From NCBI GenBank assembly GCA_951406725.2, contig OX597833.1, positions 33,728,001-33,792,000 of the forward strand: a DNA stretch of 64,000 nt. The letters run 5' to 3'. The position numbers were made by a program, and so were the translations under genes. Origin of the DNA: Octopus vulgaris (lineage: Eukaryota). The notes below the pieces were generated by a model. It did not search any database, was not told the DNA's origin, and saw only the letters and a program-made list of their open reading frames with translations. Positions 39,500-57,040 of the stretch are shown here, one piece after another (positions within the stretch are counted from its first letter, which is position 1; every line of letters begins with the position of its first letter).

Positions 39500-42400
39500 T
39501 AGGACATGTTTTTCAGAGCTCCGTCGGTTTGAAATTTGTTATTCTTCAAGTTTATTGACTGTTTGTTTGTTGGTTTTTGTTTTCCGAACCCCTTTTGGTA
39601 TGCTGAAGGGGTTCTTTTGTTGAAAATTTCTCCCTTTTAGGGGCGAGTTTTGGACTTTTTGTCCATTTAAAAAAATTTTTTTTCGTTTGACGAAAAAAAC
39701 AAGATGGCTTCTTCTGACGAGTGGAGTGGCAGTGACTGTTCTGACGGCCATTACAGTCAAGATTTTCCCCCTCTAAACAACACAATCACGAGCAGCGATG
39801 CCAACACCACCACCACCATCAACAACAAGAAAAAAATATAGCAAACCAAGAAATTGTTCCTGAAGAAGAGAAGGAGGAAGAAAGAAAAGAAATAAAAACA
39901 ATGACATTGACACCATAAGCACGAACAGCAAATCTAGCGGCAACGGTTTCACCTCAGCAGCAAAGCAAAGAGTTGTTGAATTTAACAAAAAATGAACTAC
40001 AAATTGCAAAGGAGTTGTTAAGGAAGGAAGGAAGGAAACAATATCTTCCTTAGCACTCCTCAGGAATTAATAAAGGTGACGGATCGAAAATCAGTAATAT
40101 ATAGAGTTTTAAACATCAAGAAGAAAAGAGTGGAACGAGCCAGCCAGCAACAGTTGGAAATGGCCCTCAGACCGATTTGGACCAACAAAACCTATGTGAC
40201 AAGAGGAAAGCGCTTCGGCACGGTGGAAGTGAGTTTTGCTACAGAGAAGGAAACAAGACAGCATTCCCCTGTTCCTCTATAAACAGAAGAATTCCAGCTC
40301 GTGCCGACATACCTTGGTCGGCGCGTGACGAAAATTAAAATTAGGGAGGTACTCCCCGAAGTAAATGTATGCTGGCTAGTGGCGGCGATTCTTTATTATA
40401 TAGAGGACATCGCCAATATACTGGAGGTGCATAAATTGCATCAACAAAGCTGGACGTGTCAGGGATTAGAGCTTCTTGTTCAAATTGAACAAGAAGCCAT
40501 AAATTCTATACCAGACGGCACGAGACTTTACGTGGACGTCGAGGGCAGGCGGCCAAGATGCTAATTTTGTGGGTACGACCAGCAGCTCAAGGTTGACTGC
40601 CCCATATACAAAGCAATGATAAAAAAAGTAGCAAGCGTCAACAGAAGCAGGGGCGCCTCCAGTGCAGCAGCAGAAAGCAACAGTGACGCCGCCTCCAACA
40701 GTCGCCAGCGCACCACCAAAACCGGGTGGAGTCGCGCCGCAAGCCGAAGTAGCAGAGCCGGTCGGATCATCACCAACAATACCAGTCGGAGTACAACCAC
40801 CACCAACACAACAACATATGAACACCACCAAAAAAAGGAACAGCCAGAGAATATCCTCCTTCCCGATCAAAACAACTCGGACTGTTCGAACATTGAGGTT
40901 GTGAAGGTGGAGTGGCAAACAGTTACCCCCCAAAAAAGAAAAACAAAGAGAGTGGAATAAAAGAGGAGGAAATACCCAACAGCAGCAACACACACACACA
41001 ACAACCAACAACAACAACACCAGCACTACCACCTTAAACACCAACATAAATAGACTGCACAAACACAACCAACCTCACAGCTATCGACACCGACAACATA
41101 GACCTAGTGAAATACCTTAGACACCACAATGGAAGACTTTATCTTTCCAACACACAATGCAACATCACCACGCATACAGATTTTAAAACTACAGCAGGAA
41201 ACACACAACGCTTTGAAAATAAACTTTCCAAATGGTGTTGGGTCTTTCCAAAAGACTTTCAACAAAAGACTGTACAAAAACCTCGTGGAAACGCCCACAA
41301 CAAGGACCAAGGGAACAACACTGCCATACAATAATGGTATATTTGCAATGGTCATGCTCAGAATAGGTTATGTAAATGTCAGAGACCTCGGGTCGCCTTG
41401 GTAACAAGGTCACCTTTTAAATGACCTGAGGTCTCTTATTGTAGATGTTGCAGCCATTAGTGAATCCAGACTATCCGACCCACGGGACCTCATCACTTTT
41501 TTGGTAGATACAAGATCTACCTATCTCCGTGTCGGCCGGTGGTGGTGCTGTGGTGCTTTTCTGGAAGGGTCTGGATTTGAAAATAAAGGCAGTCTTCCTG
41601 GATCCAGAAGGTAAGTTGGTGGTCCTAGATGTGAACAGTAGTGACGGCAGTGCTTTTCGACAGGGGCAAGGCAGTCTGATTACTTCAATCGTCTGGAGAT
41701 TTTCCTGGGAACGTCTCGGACTTTAGTATTAGTAGGAGATTGGAACTCTGTCTTGGATGGATGTTTCGAATGCGTGGGAGTATCTGATAGGAAAGTAGGA
41801 TGCAAAAGTCTCAAAAATCTGCTCACACGTTTTCAGTTGTGTGACAGGTACCGACTAGATTACTTGAATGTGCCAATGTGAACTTGGACAAACCGCATTG
41901 GATCATCTAGATCGTATCTTGATAGGGTATTTTGTAGGCCAGAGGACAAGGATAGCATAGGATGTCCACAATTTCACATGGTCGGCTACACAGACCAGAT
42001 ATTTGTGATCTGTACGGTCGACTTAGATAGGCTTCATTGACAGGGTCACGGTTACTGGAAGCGGAACACGTCGTTACCGGCATGTCAAGCTTACAGAGAC
42101 CGGATTAGCGAATTAGTTAATCGGTCGTTGACGGGTGCAATTGTCAACAACTGGTGGTTTGATCTTAAAAGGACAATTAGAGTAGAATCGATTAGGTTTA
42201 TCAAGGCATTAGCGGTAGAGAGAAATAGAATAGAGGGAGATTTAATTAGTAAGTTAGATGAGGCGCTTAGGACAGGCATCGCAACTGATTTGTTGGCAGC
42301 CAGATTGGCCCTCGATCAATTTTTCGACGCCAAACACGAAGGCTGCGTTGTCAGAGCTAACGCATATTCACTAAGCGGGAAGGGAAGGGAAGGGAACGAA

Positions 42401-44925
42401 AGCGTCACGATGGGCCCGCGTGGAGGAGGCGAAAAGTGGAAATAAAGCAGCCACCATTTGGTCTTTGGTGGACCAGAACGGATGCGTGGTGTTCGAGCCG
42501 AAACAGATGTGTGCGGCTTTTCAACGGCACTTTGCTCGACTGTTCAGGACGAATGGTAGGACGGATAACAGGGCAAACTTCGGTGTCTACCTGGATTGCC
42601 TGCTACGACTCTTGTCGAGTGAGGCAGAGTGTTACGAAAGGCTGATAACAGCCGAAGAAATGCAGGAAGCGAGGAAGAGTTGTACGAAAGGTAGATCGCC
42701 GGATTTGGATGGTCTGCCCTACGAGCTTTATACTTCGATGCCAGACTTGTTTGCGGGCCTCTCAGCAAGCGTCTACTGTAACTAGCAGCAAAATGGGACA
42801 ATTCTCACTTTTGCCTGTCGAGGGGTAGTGGTACTGCTGAGAAAGGGGGACGTTATAGAGAATTTCAGGCCCATCACACTGCTCAATGCAGAGTTGAAGA
42901 TTTTGGTCAATGTGTTAGCCAAGAGATTGGCACTTGTCGGGGACAAACTGGTTAGCTAGGCGCAAATTTGCGCCATCCCTACCAGGAGTGTTCACAATAA
43001 CCTCCACCTTATGCGCTACATAATAGAGAGGGTGGGTTACGAAGCTGGCATGGGTGGAGCTCTAATCAATTTAGATCAATCTAAAGCTTTTGATAGGATC
43101 GACATCAATATTTGGCGGCTCTCCTCAGGGCAGCCGGTTTTGGTCCAGCTTTCTGAGGTTGGATCGCTGCTTTATACAGCGGCATCTGCTCGGTTATTCG
43201 GGTGAATGATCACCTGTCGGAGCCATTATAGCATCTTGCATTCGGTCCGTCAAGGGTGCCCTCTCTCTTCCCTTCTCTATGTACTGACTCTTGAGCCATT
43301 ACTGCAGACGTTGGAAGCTTTGAGGGGTGTCCCCGTGATCTTGGATGTGGGAGAAGTGTGTCTGCTTACGCTGATGATGTCACCGTCATAGTGTCGAACC
43401 ACAGGTATATGGCGAAACACAACAGGAATATGAAAGGGGACAGGTGCTAAAATTAACGCGGAAAAGTCAGTGGGCTTGCAACTCAGAACCTGGAAAGGCA
43501 AGTCCATGCCGTCCAACAGCGTTGTGGGGCGCTGGACAGACGGTCCCGTCAAGTTACTGGGAGTTTGAATTGGTCCAGACTACCAGGTGGAGAAGAACTG
43601 GGACGAGGTGGTGAGCAGGGTAGCCAATCTCACAAGAAAGGGGCCGACAGAAAGCTGTCCCTGAAAGGTCGAGTGGAGGTGGCGAATACGTACATTGCAT
43701 CCGTCATCTATTACCGCTTGACTGTCGTCCCTTGCCCTGTTTGCTGGTTGACCAAGCTGGAGCGCTTACTTACTCTTCTGTGGAGGGGGCGCGTTCCACT
43801 GGTCAGACGCTCCATCTGCTGTCAACAGCCGCTGAATGGAAGGCTTTGTTTGTCATGGTTGCTGATGCGCAGACATGCACTGAGGTTGCGGCATCTCCAG
43901 CGTTTCCTTGACAGTGAGCAGGTGTGGTCACCGTTTGTAAGACGCTTTTCCACAGCTCGTCTCTTTGACTGAGTTGCAATCCTGGATTAGGCGTAGACTG
44001 AGGAGGGGTGCTAGTCTCCTCGAGTGCCGTCAAGCGCTCACAGTCTTCCGTCAGGCGGACAATGCGGTCGCTGATAGTTCTATTCTAGCGTTCTATACAG
44101 GGCTACTGGAGGGAAAGTGCGACGACGTTCTCGGGGTAACTCTGGGCGTCGATGAAGATCAACTAACCGTTCTGTTTTGGAGAACTTTCGGGCCTGGGCC
44201 TATGGATAATTTCCAGAAACCCCTTGCCTGACAGTGCTACCGAGGGGCGTTACGTGTTCGAGATAAACTTTACAGCCGGGTCTGTCCGAGCTGCACCCAG
44301 AACGATGAAACCGTTCTGCACGCCCTCGTCCAGTGCCCGAGTATTGCTGACCTGTGGGTTTATGTCGAACACCTGCTGTCGCGTGTAGGACGAATCCGGT
44401 TATCAGCTGAATCCATTGTGAAGATTGCTCCTCCGCCCTCTTTTGGCCGGGAGACGAAGGCAATTTTTATTTGTCAAGTGGCTGTAGCGAAAGAGGTAGT
44501 ATGGTGGACCAGTTTGAAAGGACTAAAGACAGGTACTTTCCTCTTTGGCCATGCCCTCATCAACTTTTTCAAGTTTCACTTGAAAAGGAAGTTGAGGGTG
44601 GAGAAAGAAGTGTTGCCTTCTAGCAAGTTTGTTGAAAGGTGGATGAATATTGGAAGAATGGCCAGTGTGAAAGGATCAATTCGGAGCGTGCACCTGTAAA
44701 CAAAAGGAGAAGGGCTCTTGCTCTGTTGTTCAGGCTCCCGTGACTTTTGTGGGGTTTTTCACGAGGTCCTTAATGTGCCTCCCCAATTGGGATTTTTAAA
44801 TTGTTTAATTTTTAATCGTTATATATACAGTTTACACGTTGTTAAACCCATTGTATCGTCTTGTTTTTGTTTTTTATGTTATCTCTTAATGTAATTTTAT
44901 GTAAGCCCTTGTGGCCAATAAACGA
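39500..44925 (+). mobile_element. Near full-length degenerate Tx1/L1-clade LINE (ORF1 + APE-RT ORF2)
   Basis: ORF1 remnants with a zinc-knuckle-like segment (~40558); APE YVNVRDL, GDWN, YLDRV; RT SPDLDGLPYE, FRPITLLN, DQSKAFD, VRQGCPLS, AYADDV; KLSLKGR; 3' TGTGGCCAATAAA. Confidence 0.9.
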
Positions 44926-44958
44926 ATTAATTTATCATCATTATTATTATTATTATTA

Positions 44959-44990
<32 letters not shown>

Positions 44991-45067
44991 GTTGTTATTG
45001 TTATTATTGTTGTTGTTGTTGTTGTTGTTATTATTATTATTATTATCATTATTATTATTATTATTAT

Positions 45068-45465
45068 TGTGGTAAGTAGCTTGCTAACCAACCACATGGT
45101 TCCGGGTTCAGTCCCACTGCGTGGTATCTTGGGCAAGTGTCTTCTGCTATAGCCCCGGGCCGACCAAAGCCTTGTGAGTGGATTTAGTAGACGGAAACTG
45201 AAAGAAGCCCGTCGTATATATGTATATATATATGTGTATGTGTGTGTTTGTGTGTCTGTATTTGTCCCCCTAGCATTGCTTGATAACCGATGCTGGTGTG
45301 TTTACGTCCCCGTCACTTAGCGGTTCGGCAAAAGAGACCGATATAATAAGTAATGGGCTTACAAAGAATAAGTCCCGGGGTCGATTTGCTCGACTAAAGG
45401 CGGTGCCCCAGCATGGCCACAGTCAAATGACTGAAACAAGTAAAAGAGTAAAAGAGAGTAAAGAG
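45068..45465 (+). mobile_element. SINE family 2
   Basis: Near-identical to the reverse complement of 28195-28590. Confidence 0.9.
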
Positions 45466-45950
45466 TATTGCCTTTGCACAGCTTCTAACGCTGGAGATGT
45501 ATTACAGAGTCAGCTGTTCACTACCAGTGAACGAAGGTAACACTCCTTATTTTTCGAGCACCTTCCGGAGTATTCGAACGGTTCCAAGCACTGCTGTTTT
45601 CTACAAGTACTCCACCCTTATTGCAGCCCCTATTTGTTCCACGTACTTCTTGAGATTTTTGCTATATTGTCGTGGCGTCTCTTATATTCCTTCTGGGCAT
45701 GTGGCGTACATTGGCTGGTAATATGCCATACGGTTTCACCGTTTTGTCCACATATTCTGCACTTATCACTTTCTGCTGTGTTGTCTATTCTGTATTTTAT
45801 GTAGTTTGTTCTTAGTGCTTGCTCTTGGACAGCACAGATTAGAGCACCCGTTTCTGGTTTTAAATCACATTTAGTCATCCACAGCCATCTTTTTTCTCTG
45901 TGTGTCTTATCTTCAACATATCTATGAAATTGACCATGCATTCTTGTCAC
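45466..45950 (-). mobile_element. Dong/R4-clade LINE 3' fragment (subfamily B), internally deleted
   Basis: MHGQF, LKPETGALICAVQEQALRT, CRICG..ETVWHITSQC, YKRRHD; same 3' end as 55560-55900. Confidence 0.8.
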
Positions 45951-45954
45951 AATA

Positions 45955-46295
45955 AAAGCACTGGTAATTGCGCAACCTGATAATCGCTACTTCATATGAG
46001 TGACAATGAAAAAACAAAATATTGTGAATAACGGTGGTAATGAAACTGAAGCCAATGGTGGTAAGTGTTACACCCGGTAGGCTCAGAGATTCTGGTCCGG
46101 CTCCATCCTGTTGATATCCAAAAAGGGACCACCTCACACGGCGTAGATGGAGCAAGAAAATTAATGCTGTGGTCATGGAGTGTTACTACCTGAGCAGCCC
46201 GGTAGATAAAAATGGTGCTCAAATTAGGGGTCACCGACAACGTATGTATGATCATTGGAGAGAAAAGGGATTGTTTCAACTGACGGAACAGAGAT
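45955..46295 (+). mobile_element. 5' fragment of an R4/Dong-like ORF
   Basis: WSKKINAVVMECYYLS...RQRMYDHW...TEQRL N-terminal motif, cut by trinucleotide repeats. Confidence 0.6.
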
Positions 46296-46336
<41 letters not shown>

Positions 46337-46350
46337 TTGTTATTATTATT

Positions 46351-46585
<235 letters not shown>

Positions 46586-46845
46586 TATAAAGGACTGAAG
46601 TAATTCCTTCTGAAGATATAGAGTCAAAATTATAAGAAGAGTGCCATTGTTATCTAGTGAACGATATTTCGACATCTTTTAATTTTGACTCTATATCTTC
46701 AGGAGGAGTTACTTCAATCCTTTATATATTAACCAAAATGAAGTAGATTGACAAAATTATTTTTTGAACCAGTTGAAGACACACAAGATGTCGAAATATC
46801 GTTCACTAGATAACAATGACACTCTTCTTTTAATTTTGACTCTAT
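46586..46845. repeat. Nested inverted-repeat insert between (TAA)n and (TTA)n arrays
   Basis: 46586-46632 pairs with 46680-46726, and 46618-46677 pairs with 46787-46845. Confidence 0.8.
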
Positions 46846-46853
46846 TATTATGA

Positions 46854-48232
<1,379 letters not shown>

Positions 48233-48233
48233 C

Positions 48234-48316
<83 letters not shown>

Positions 48317-48320
<4 letters not shown>

Positions 48321-51300
48321 ATAGTCTTATTTTTATCACGTGCTTTCACCGTACTACCGAGTGCAGCTCTGTGTGCCTTGGGTATGGGCTGTGGTTTGTT
48401 ATGGTGCTCTTATTTTCACTGTATTGAAAGTGTTTTACGTAGGATGTGTGCAGTGCTATTTTCTGTACATTATATATACTTGTAAGTCCTGATTATTTTG
48501 TTATGTTTTTGTTTGCATGTTTTTTATCATACCTAATACGCCTACAATGATCGGAATTGTTTCTGTTTTTAGGCTCCACATTCAAGCTACCTCTATTTCC
48601 AGATCTTTGTCTTTTGAAGGATTCTCTGTTTCTTTTAGAGAAACATTGTTGTCTGTTGGTATTGATACATCGATTAGAAAGCATTTTGTTTCTTGGTGAT
48701 CTCTGATAACTATATCCAGCCTATTGGCCTTAATTTGTGTATGTTGGCATATCTTGGCATATCCAAGAGTATAGTTGCTTTTCCTATTTTATCTGACCTT
48801 TTCTGGCGGGTGCCTATACCATCCTTTTTCTGTCGTTATTCCATAGTGTTGGCATAGCTTCCAGTGTATATAGGTCCTAATTCTGTCGTGTCTGTGAATA
48901 TATTCCTTCTTAGACAGGACGGAATAGCCAGAGACAATATGACTTATTCTTTCTTCTCCATCACCACATATTCTGCAGTTACTTGAATTTCTTTTCATTA
49001 TGTGTTTTTAGTGATTTCTCGTGGGAAAGCCTTATCCTGTGATGCATATAAAAATCCATCAGTCTCTGCTTTGAGTCCTGAGCTTCTCAGCTATTGTTGG
49101 GATTTTGCTTTGTCTATTTCTTTTCTGTTTAGCTTAACCCAATATTTGCCATGAAGGGGCTTTTCTTGCCATCGTTTTATCATCATCCGTTGCTGTTCCA
49201 GTTTTAGTTTGGATTTCAGTTGTTTTACAGCTTTTGTTGTTTCTTCTTTTTCTTCATAGATGTTAAGTACTATGACTTCTTTTTCGTATTTGTCAGCTTC
49301 CTTTTCTTTTTTTTTTTCATTTTCATGTTTATTTCTTTGGTAAATCCATGTACTGTCTGTAGTAATGTTTCCAGTTGTTTATCATTTGTAGCATACAGCT
49401 TTAGATCATCCATATACAAGAGATGGTTGATTGTTTTGCCATAACAGTTGTATCCACATCCAGTTCTGTTTAGTATGTCAGATAAAGTTGTCAGTGCAAA
49501 GTAGAAAGGGAGTAGAGGGAGCATGTCTCCCTGGAATATTCCTCTTCTAATATGGATAGCATTCGTTTTTATGAGTCCCTCTTTTGTTTGGAGCTGTAGC
49601 ACCGGTTGTCATTTATTCATGGGTTGTTTTATATATTTTCTGATTACTGGTACTACCATGTTCATAGTTAGTGTTTCTAGGATCCCATGTATGGGAAATA
49701 CTATCAAAAGTCTTCTGATAATCGATCCAAGCATTACTTAGACCATTCTTCTTTCTTCGGTTGTCTTCAGTTATGGCTTTATTGTTCAGTAGCTGATCTC
49801 TACAACTGCATGAGCCCTTGCAGCATCCCTTTTGCTCTTCTGGTTGTTTTCTTCCAGTTGTTTGTCTATTCTCTGCGATATTATTGCAGTAAAGGCTTTG
49901 TAAATTGCAGGGACACAAGTTATTGGTCTGTAATTTTGTGGGTTTGCTATTTCTATGGATTTGGGAAGTAGGATAGTTTTCTCTTCCGTGCGCCACTCAG
50001 GCATTGTCTGTGAGCCATTCTGGCTCTGCTAGTATTTTATTAAATTTCTCAGCCAGTGTTTTATGTGTTTCTGCTAGATAATTTAATCATAAGTTGGGGA
50101 TCTTATCGTGCCCAGGTGCCTTCCAGTTGCTTAGTTTTTGTAATGCCTGGGTAACCTGTTCAGTTGTTATAGGAGTCCAGAGTTGCTCAGGTACTATATT
50201 ACTTGTTTTGATAGATCTTTTCTGAGGTTGTTCCTTCGCCGACCATATTTCTTTACAAAATTCTTCCACTTCTCCTGCTATTGGTGCTGCATTGATTTCT
50301 ATTTTACTTTTGCCAAGTTCTTGGTAGAATCATTTGGGTTTGGAGCTGAACTGTTTATTTTGTTCAAAGAAACGTTGACGTTTCTCATACCGGCGGATTC
50401 TTTGTGCTCTGGCTAGGAGATCTTGCTTTAGCTGTTCTTTTACCTCAGGTATACCTTATTCTGTAGTTTTGTTTTTACATACTATTTTTCGTCTCTTCTC
50501 GATGCTTAGTAGTGTTGCTTGTCTACTAATTTCGCTAAGGATTGACAGATCCTTTCTTTCATTTTCTATTTTCTTCTGGATATTATTTTCCCACAGAGTT
50601 TGTTTAGACTGTGATACCTCTGTTTGGATGGGTTTGAGGGAGCATCCACCTTCTTTTGGGGCCACATAAGCTGCTACATATATTAAATCATTTAACATGG
50701 TCATATTGACATTTGTTTCTGTTGCTATTAGCTCTGTGACAGGCAGGTTTATGTTATTTATTCTTGATGCTGTCTTATCATCAACTTTAATTTTTGAGAG
50801 GTACAATCGGTGGTCCATGCTGAGATCTGCGAATTTTAATTCTTTGAATATACTCATTTTTAGAGTATCATATTCATGGATTCCACCTTCACTGTTTCCA
50901 GGTTTTAGATTTGTTCCGTATTTCTTTCCGTTTATATTTTTGTCTGTGGTGTTCTGTTTAATGCATTTTGTTCTTCATTATGCATTCGTACGGTTTGAGT
51001 TTGTAGTCTTTCGTTGCTTCGTTTTTGTTGGGCATGTTGCGTCTACTTTCACATTTCACAGTCCCAGTACTTATATTATTTGGCATTGTTGCGTGGTCAC
51101 TATATACTGTTTCCTGATGCATTTTCCTTTTAAGTGCTCTATTTCAATTTCTGATTTTTTTTTTTTTTTGAGAATATATCTCCTTGGATAGTTTTTTAGG
51201 GTTCATCGATATATCCAAATCTAGGCAATTTTTCTTCCAGATTTTATATGTATATGTTATTGTGTTTTCATTCTGTGAGTAGAGAACTACTGTGGAATAA

Positions 51301-51500
51301 GCGTGCAGGATAGAAATATATTCCTCTCGAGTCCTTTTATGCTTTTTAAAATTTTATTTGCGCCACGTGAGTATTGCCCGGCCCTTTACTTTAATGGCCA
51401 TCATTTTTGTAGGGTACCAGTCCTTTCGTTTCTGGTGTTACTTTTTCGCGCATTTTGTGTAATAAGTTTAAAATATGCGCTTCCCGTTTGTTATCCTTGG
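48317..51500 (-). mobile_element. Long degenerate Dong/R4-clade LINE
   Basis: NWKAPGHD, NYRPITC, IDYQKTFDSI, RGIFQGD, HLLYMDDLKLY, zinc knuckle and RLE remnants; (TAA)n on both sides. Confidence 0.88.
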
Positions 51501-51529
51501 TTTGAATAATACGGGTATAATTTAATTTA

Positions 51530-51628
<99 letters not shown>

Positions 51629-51629
51629 C

Positions 51630-53030
51630 ATCTTCATATACACTCAACAGATTGGACTGTTGGAAAAGAAAAAAATCCTAACATCGGGCTACAAGTAATC
51701 TTTGATGCTAAGAACCCTCCTAAGTATCTTAGCTGTCCCTAATAACACTGTTTTCTGCAGCTGTACTAAACTGGGTTTTATGTCTATTTTCTCTATCCAT
51801 CTTTTCAGAACTTTAAGGATAGTTCCCTGTGCACCTACAACTACCTGGATACATTTTACCCACACTTTCCATAATTTCTGGAACTCAATAGCTAGGTCCT
51901 GGTACTCTGCTATTTTTTCTATATTTCTCATATCAATGTTTTCATCATTTGGGACTGTAAAGTCAATTATCCGGTACTTCTCTTTATCTACTAATACCAA
52001 ATCAGGCCTTCTAGGTTCTATTACTCTGTCAGTCTGAATGTTAAAGTTCCACAACATCTTATATATCCTTCACTTGAGTGGAGTCCTCCATTCATATTGA
52101 ATTAATTCCTAGTTCTTCTGTCTAGCTTTGCTAATTCAGTTTTTGTCTAATCTACAAAAGCTGCTGAGTATCTAAATAATGATACTGCCGAAGTATTTAC
52201 AGCCTTCACTAAATTCGGACGACTTAGCTTTGACTTCATTAGCTTCCTCACCCTTCTGATGTACTCCTTCTCAATTTTTGTTTTCATTTCAGTAGTTAGT
52301 ACCCTGTCAGATTCTAATACTCCGAGATACTTAGAACACTCTCCTCCTTTCAATGATTTTAATGTTTGGCCATCTGGTAATTGGATGCCTTCGCTTTTGA
52401 CTACCTCTCCCCTTCTCATGACTAATATTGCACATTTATCTATACCAAATTCCATGCCTATATCTTTGTCGAAGAGTCTTACAGTTTGTATTAAGGAATC
52501 TATCTCTTTTTCATCCTTACTAAAAAGCTTCAGACCATCCATGTAAAGCAAATGGTTAATTCTACCCCCCCCCCACACACACACACACTCACCTATTATT
52601 TCTGAACTGATACCCTGTCTTTTGCCTTCCTTAATACTAAACTGAGGGGGATCAAACATAAGACAAATATTAAAGGGGAGAACGAGGCTCCCCTGGAAAA
52701 TTCCTCTTTTTCCTTGAGTAGAGATCTTTTTCCTGAGTAGAGATCTACTTTCCATTTCTTCGTGCTACAGCTAATGAATTCTCTTATGTTGTCTGCTATA
52801 CTGAATATACGCAAACACTCACTTATCCATGAGTGTGGGATCATGTCTTAGGCTTTCCTATAATCTATCCAAGCTATTGTTAGATTTTTTTCTTTCTAGC
52901 TTTTACTTCATCTAGAACTGTTTTGATTATGTATAATAGATCATGCATTCCTCTAATCTTCTTCCTGCAACCTTTCTGTTCTTCTGGCAGTAAATTCTGG
53001 TTGGCAAGGTGCTCGTAAATGCTTTCTCAA
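51630..53030 (-). mobile_element. Dong/R4-clade LINE subfamily C, degenerate
   Basis: HLLYMDGLKLF, FGIDKCA, KYLGV; RRPDLVL..IIDFTVP..LQKTVLLGTAKILRRVL. Confidence 0.85.
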
Positions 53031-53417
53031 TGCATCGCAAACAAATGTGCGCGACATGGTGATCACATATCAAGATAAACAACGCATGACCTTACAGGTG
53101 GGGCCCAGTTAGAATTTCCTTCTGGTCGAGTAGCCCATTCCACTCAAAAAGTCCCTGAATAAGGATTGTTTAAGGATGTTGAACGAACCACCCATGTTTC
53201 CAAACCTCTAAGAATTCCTTTCAACACACAGCTATGATGCTCCCCCACTACTTCTGCTCGTGATCAGAGACGCACATATCGTCAGCCACTAAGGGGCATG
53301 CTCAACTGGTTAAGGTCAAACAACTGACAAGCAAATCTGTGGTATTGAGCAGAATATTTGCTGTAGCCCATCTTTTATACCAAGACAAAACAATGTACAT
53401 GATATACTTCCAATCAG

Positions 53418-53418
<1 letters not shown>
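53030..53418 (-). mobile_element. Family X non-coding repeat, partial
   Basis: Reverse-complement match to 60042-60410 and 6265-6630. Confidence 0.8.
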
Positions 53419-53481
<63 letters not shown>

Positions 53482-53509
53482 CATCATCATTATTATTATT
53501 ATTTTACTT

Positions 53510-54580
53510 CTCAGAACTCTCGATCTTATTTGCTCTGCTTGATTCTGTGAGAGCGGACAGCAACCTGTTGTCAGAGGTCTCACAGGGTCTCTTTCCGCAA
53601 ATTGTAAGTTTTAGTTCCTGGATGTTTACTTAGCATGGAAGACACTCAACACCCAAGCACAATATCAAAATCCTAGCCGTCCCCCCAAAAAAACAGTTTT
53701 AGCGGGGGCTGCTCTACCCTCATGTCAATTCCAATTTCTCCGATATATTTCTCGAACCTAGTTGTTAGTGCTCCGAGTATTATTATTATTTTCCGATTGA
53801 TTTTATTTCATCTTCCGTCCGGATCTCAACCAGAGACCTAACGCAGAGAGAAACTTCCTGAGAATGTGTGATATTGATGTCAAAGCAATTTTTTGAGTTT
53901 CATAGATTCTTGGTCATTCCCAGGGCACCTACAACAGGGATAGTTTCGATTTTTAATTGCCACGTCCTAGATATCTCAATCTCAAGGTCCTTATATTTCG
54001 ACAGTTTTTCAAATTCCTTTGTTAAGATGTTTCTATCAGTAGGCACAGTTATATCCTTCTGTTTCGGCTTTCAAACCAGCACTCTGCAGCTACTGATGAG
54101 TTATTTGCATATCTACATCAGCTTCTCCAGCTCATTTGGGGTATTGCCCATGTAATGGTTTTTCTTGCCACAGTTTCGATATTACCTTCAAGCTTTCCTG
54201 TTTGGCTTTTGCTTTGCAAATTTTGCTGCCTTGGGTGGTGTGCCTTCCTTACCATCATCATAATCAGGGAGGTTAAGCTCTCGTCTGTATTTATATGCCT
54301 CCTTTGAGATTGGGTACATTTTCTTACTCTGCTCGCGTTACCTTACTAGAAGTATCATCAAGTCGGTATTACTTCGGATATTACTATCGTGGTTGTTTTA
54401 TAGGACGCGTCAAGTTGGATTAGGCCTCTACCACCTTCATTTCGTGGGAGATAGAGCTTGTGGACATCTGATTTTGTGTGGCGCATCCTGTTTAGTGTCA
54501 GCAGTTTCCTGGTTTCTATGACCATGCGCTGAAGTTCACTCAGATTCCCATTAATGACATTAAGGCTATACTGGACTTGA
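53510..54580 (-). mobile_element. Degenerate Dong/R4-like fragments
   Basis: GGRGL and KYKDLEIEI...IPVVGALG motifs on the minus strand. Confidence 0.65.
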
Positions 54581-54605
54581 ATTATAATTATTATTATTAT
54601 TATTA

Positions 54606-55900
<1,295 letters not shown>

Positions 55901-55903
55901 CAC

Positions 55904-55951
<48 letters not shown>

Positions 55952-55971
55952 CATTATTATTATTATTATTA

Positions 55972-56050
<79 letters not shown>

Positions 56051-56740
56051 CTACCCCAGTTGCTACAATCCTAGCATAAATGGCAACATTTACATATTTA
56101 TGCAATTAGTGAGTATGTTAGCCCGTAATTGTAGCTAAACGATAAACATCAGCGGTGAGGACAGCTTGTTTGTCATGTTACTGATGGGACTCTTGGTGAC
56201 TGCTGTTTTACTGCTATTATTAACGTTGCTGCAGCTGCTACTGCTGCTGCTCTTGCTGCTGCTGCTGCTGCTGCTGGGGGTCCTGATGCTGGTGATAATA
56301 GTGAATATAATAGTGGTAGTGATGGTGGTGCGGGTGGTGGTGGCGGTGGTGATGGTGATTGAGATGTTACTGATAACATTGGCGCTAATGGTAGTTTTGA
56401 TAGCCGTGGTGGTACTGCTACTGCTACTGCTGACGTTGGTGCTAGGTAGCGTTGGTGCTCCTGCTGTTGCTGCTGCCGCTACTACTGCCGCTACTAATTC
56501 AGCTGGTACTAGTACTGGTAACGTTGCTGCTGCCGCTAACAATGATAACACGACACTAACAACAAAACATGGAAAGAGTCACATTTACAACCACTAATTT
56601 CAAGATAGTCACTTTGCAAAGTGAAAGTCCTCCTAATTCACAAATCGCAGCAGACCCCTTATTGTTTGCCCACAGAATCGCTACAAGCCTTTCAGAAGCC
56701 CCCTAACCTTTACTCTTCAACTAAGACAATTCTTTTATCC

Positions 56741-56994
56741 TTTACCTTTTTACGTTTCCGTCATTAGACTGAGGCCATGCTGGTGCACCGTCTTGGAGAA
56801 TTTTTAGTCAAATGAATCGATCCTAGTACTTCATTTTTTTTTTGGGGGGGGGGGGGTTATGCCTGGTACTTATTCAACCAGTCTCTTTTTCCTTGCTGAA
56901 CCGCTAAGTTACGGGGGCGTAAACAGTGGTAAGGAACAAATACAGAGACAAAGACACATGCACACACAACACACACGCACACGCACACACACAC

Positions 56995-57040
<46 letters not shown>

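Noticed and set aside
56135-56597. Hydrophobic or Ser/Thr-rich ORFs suggesting a membrane protein or mucin
   Set aside because: Mixed CTG/GTG/CTA trinucleotide low-complexity DNA with no splice or domain support.
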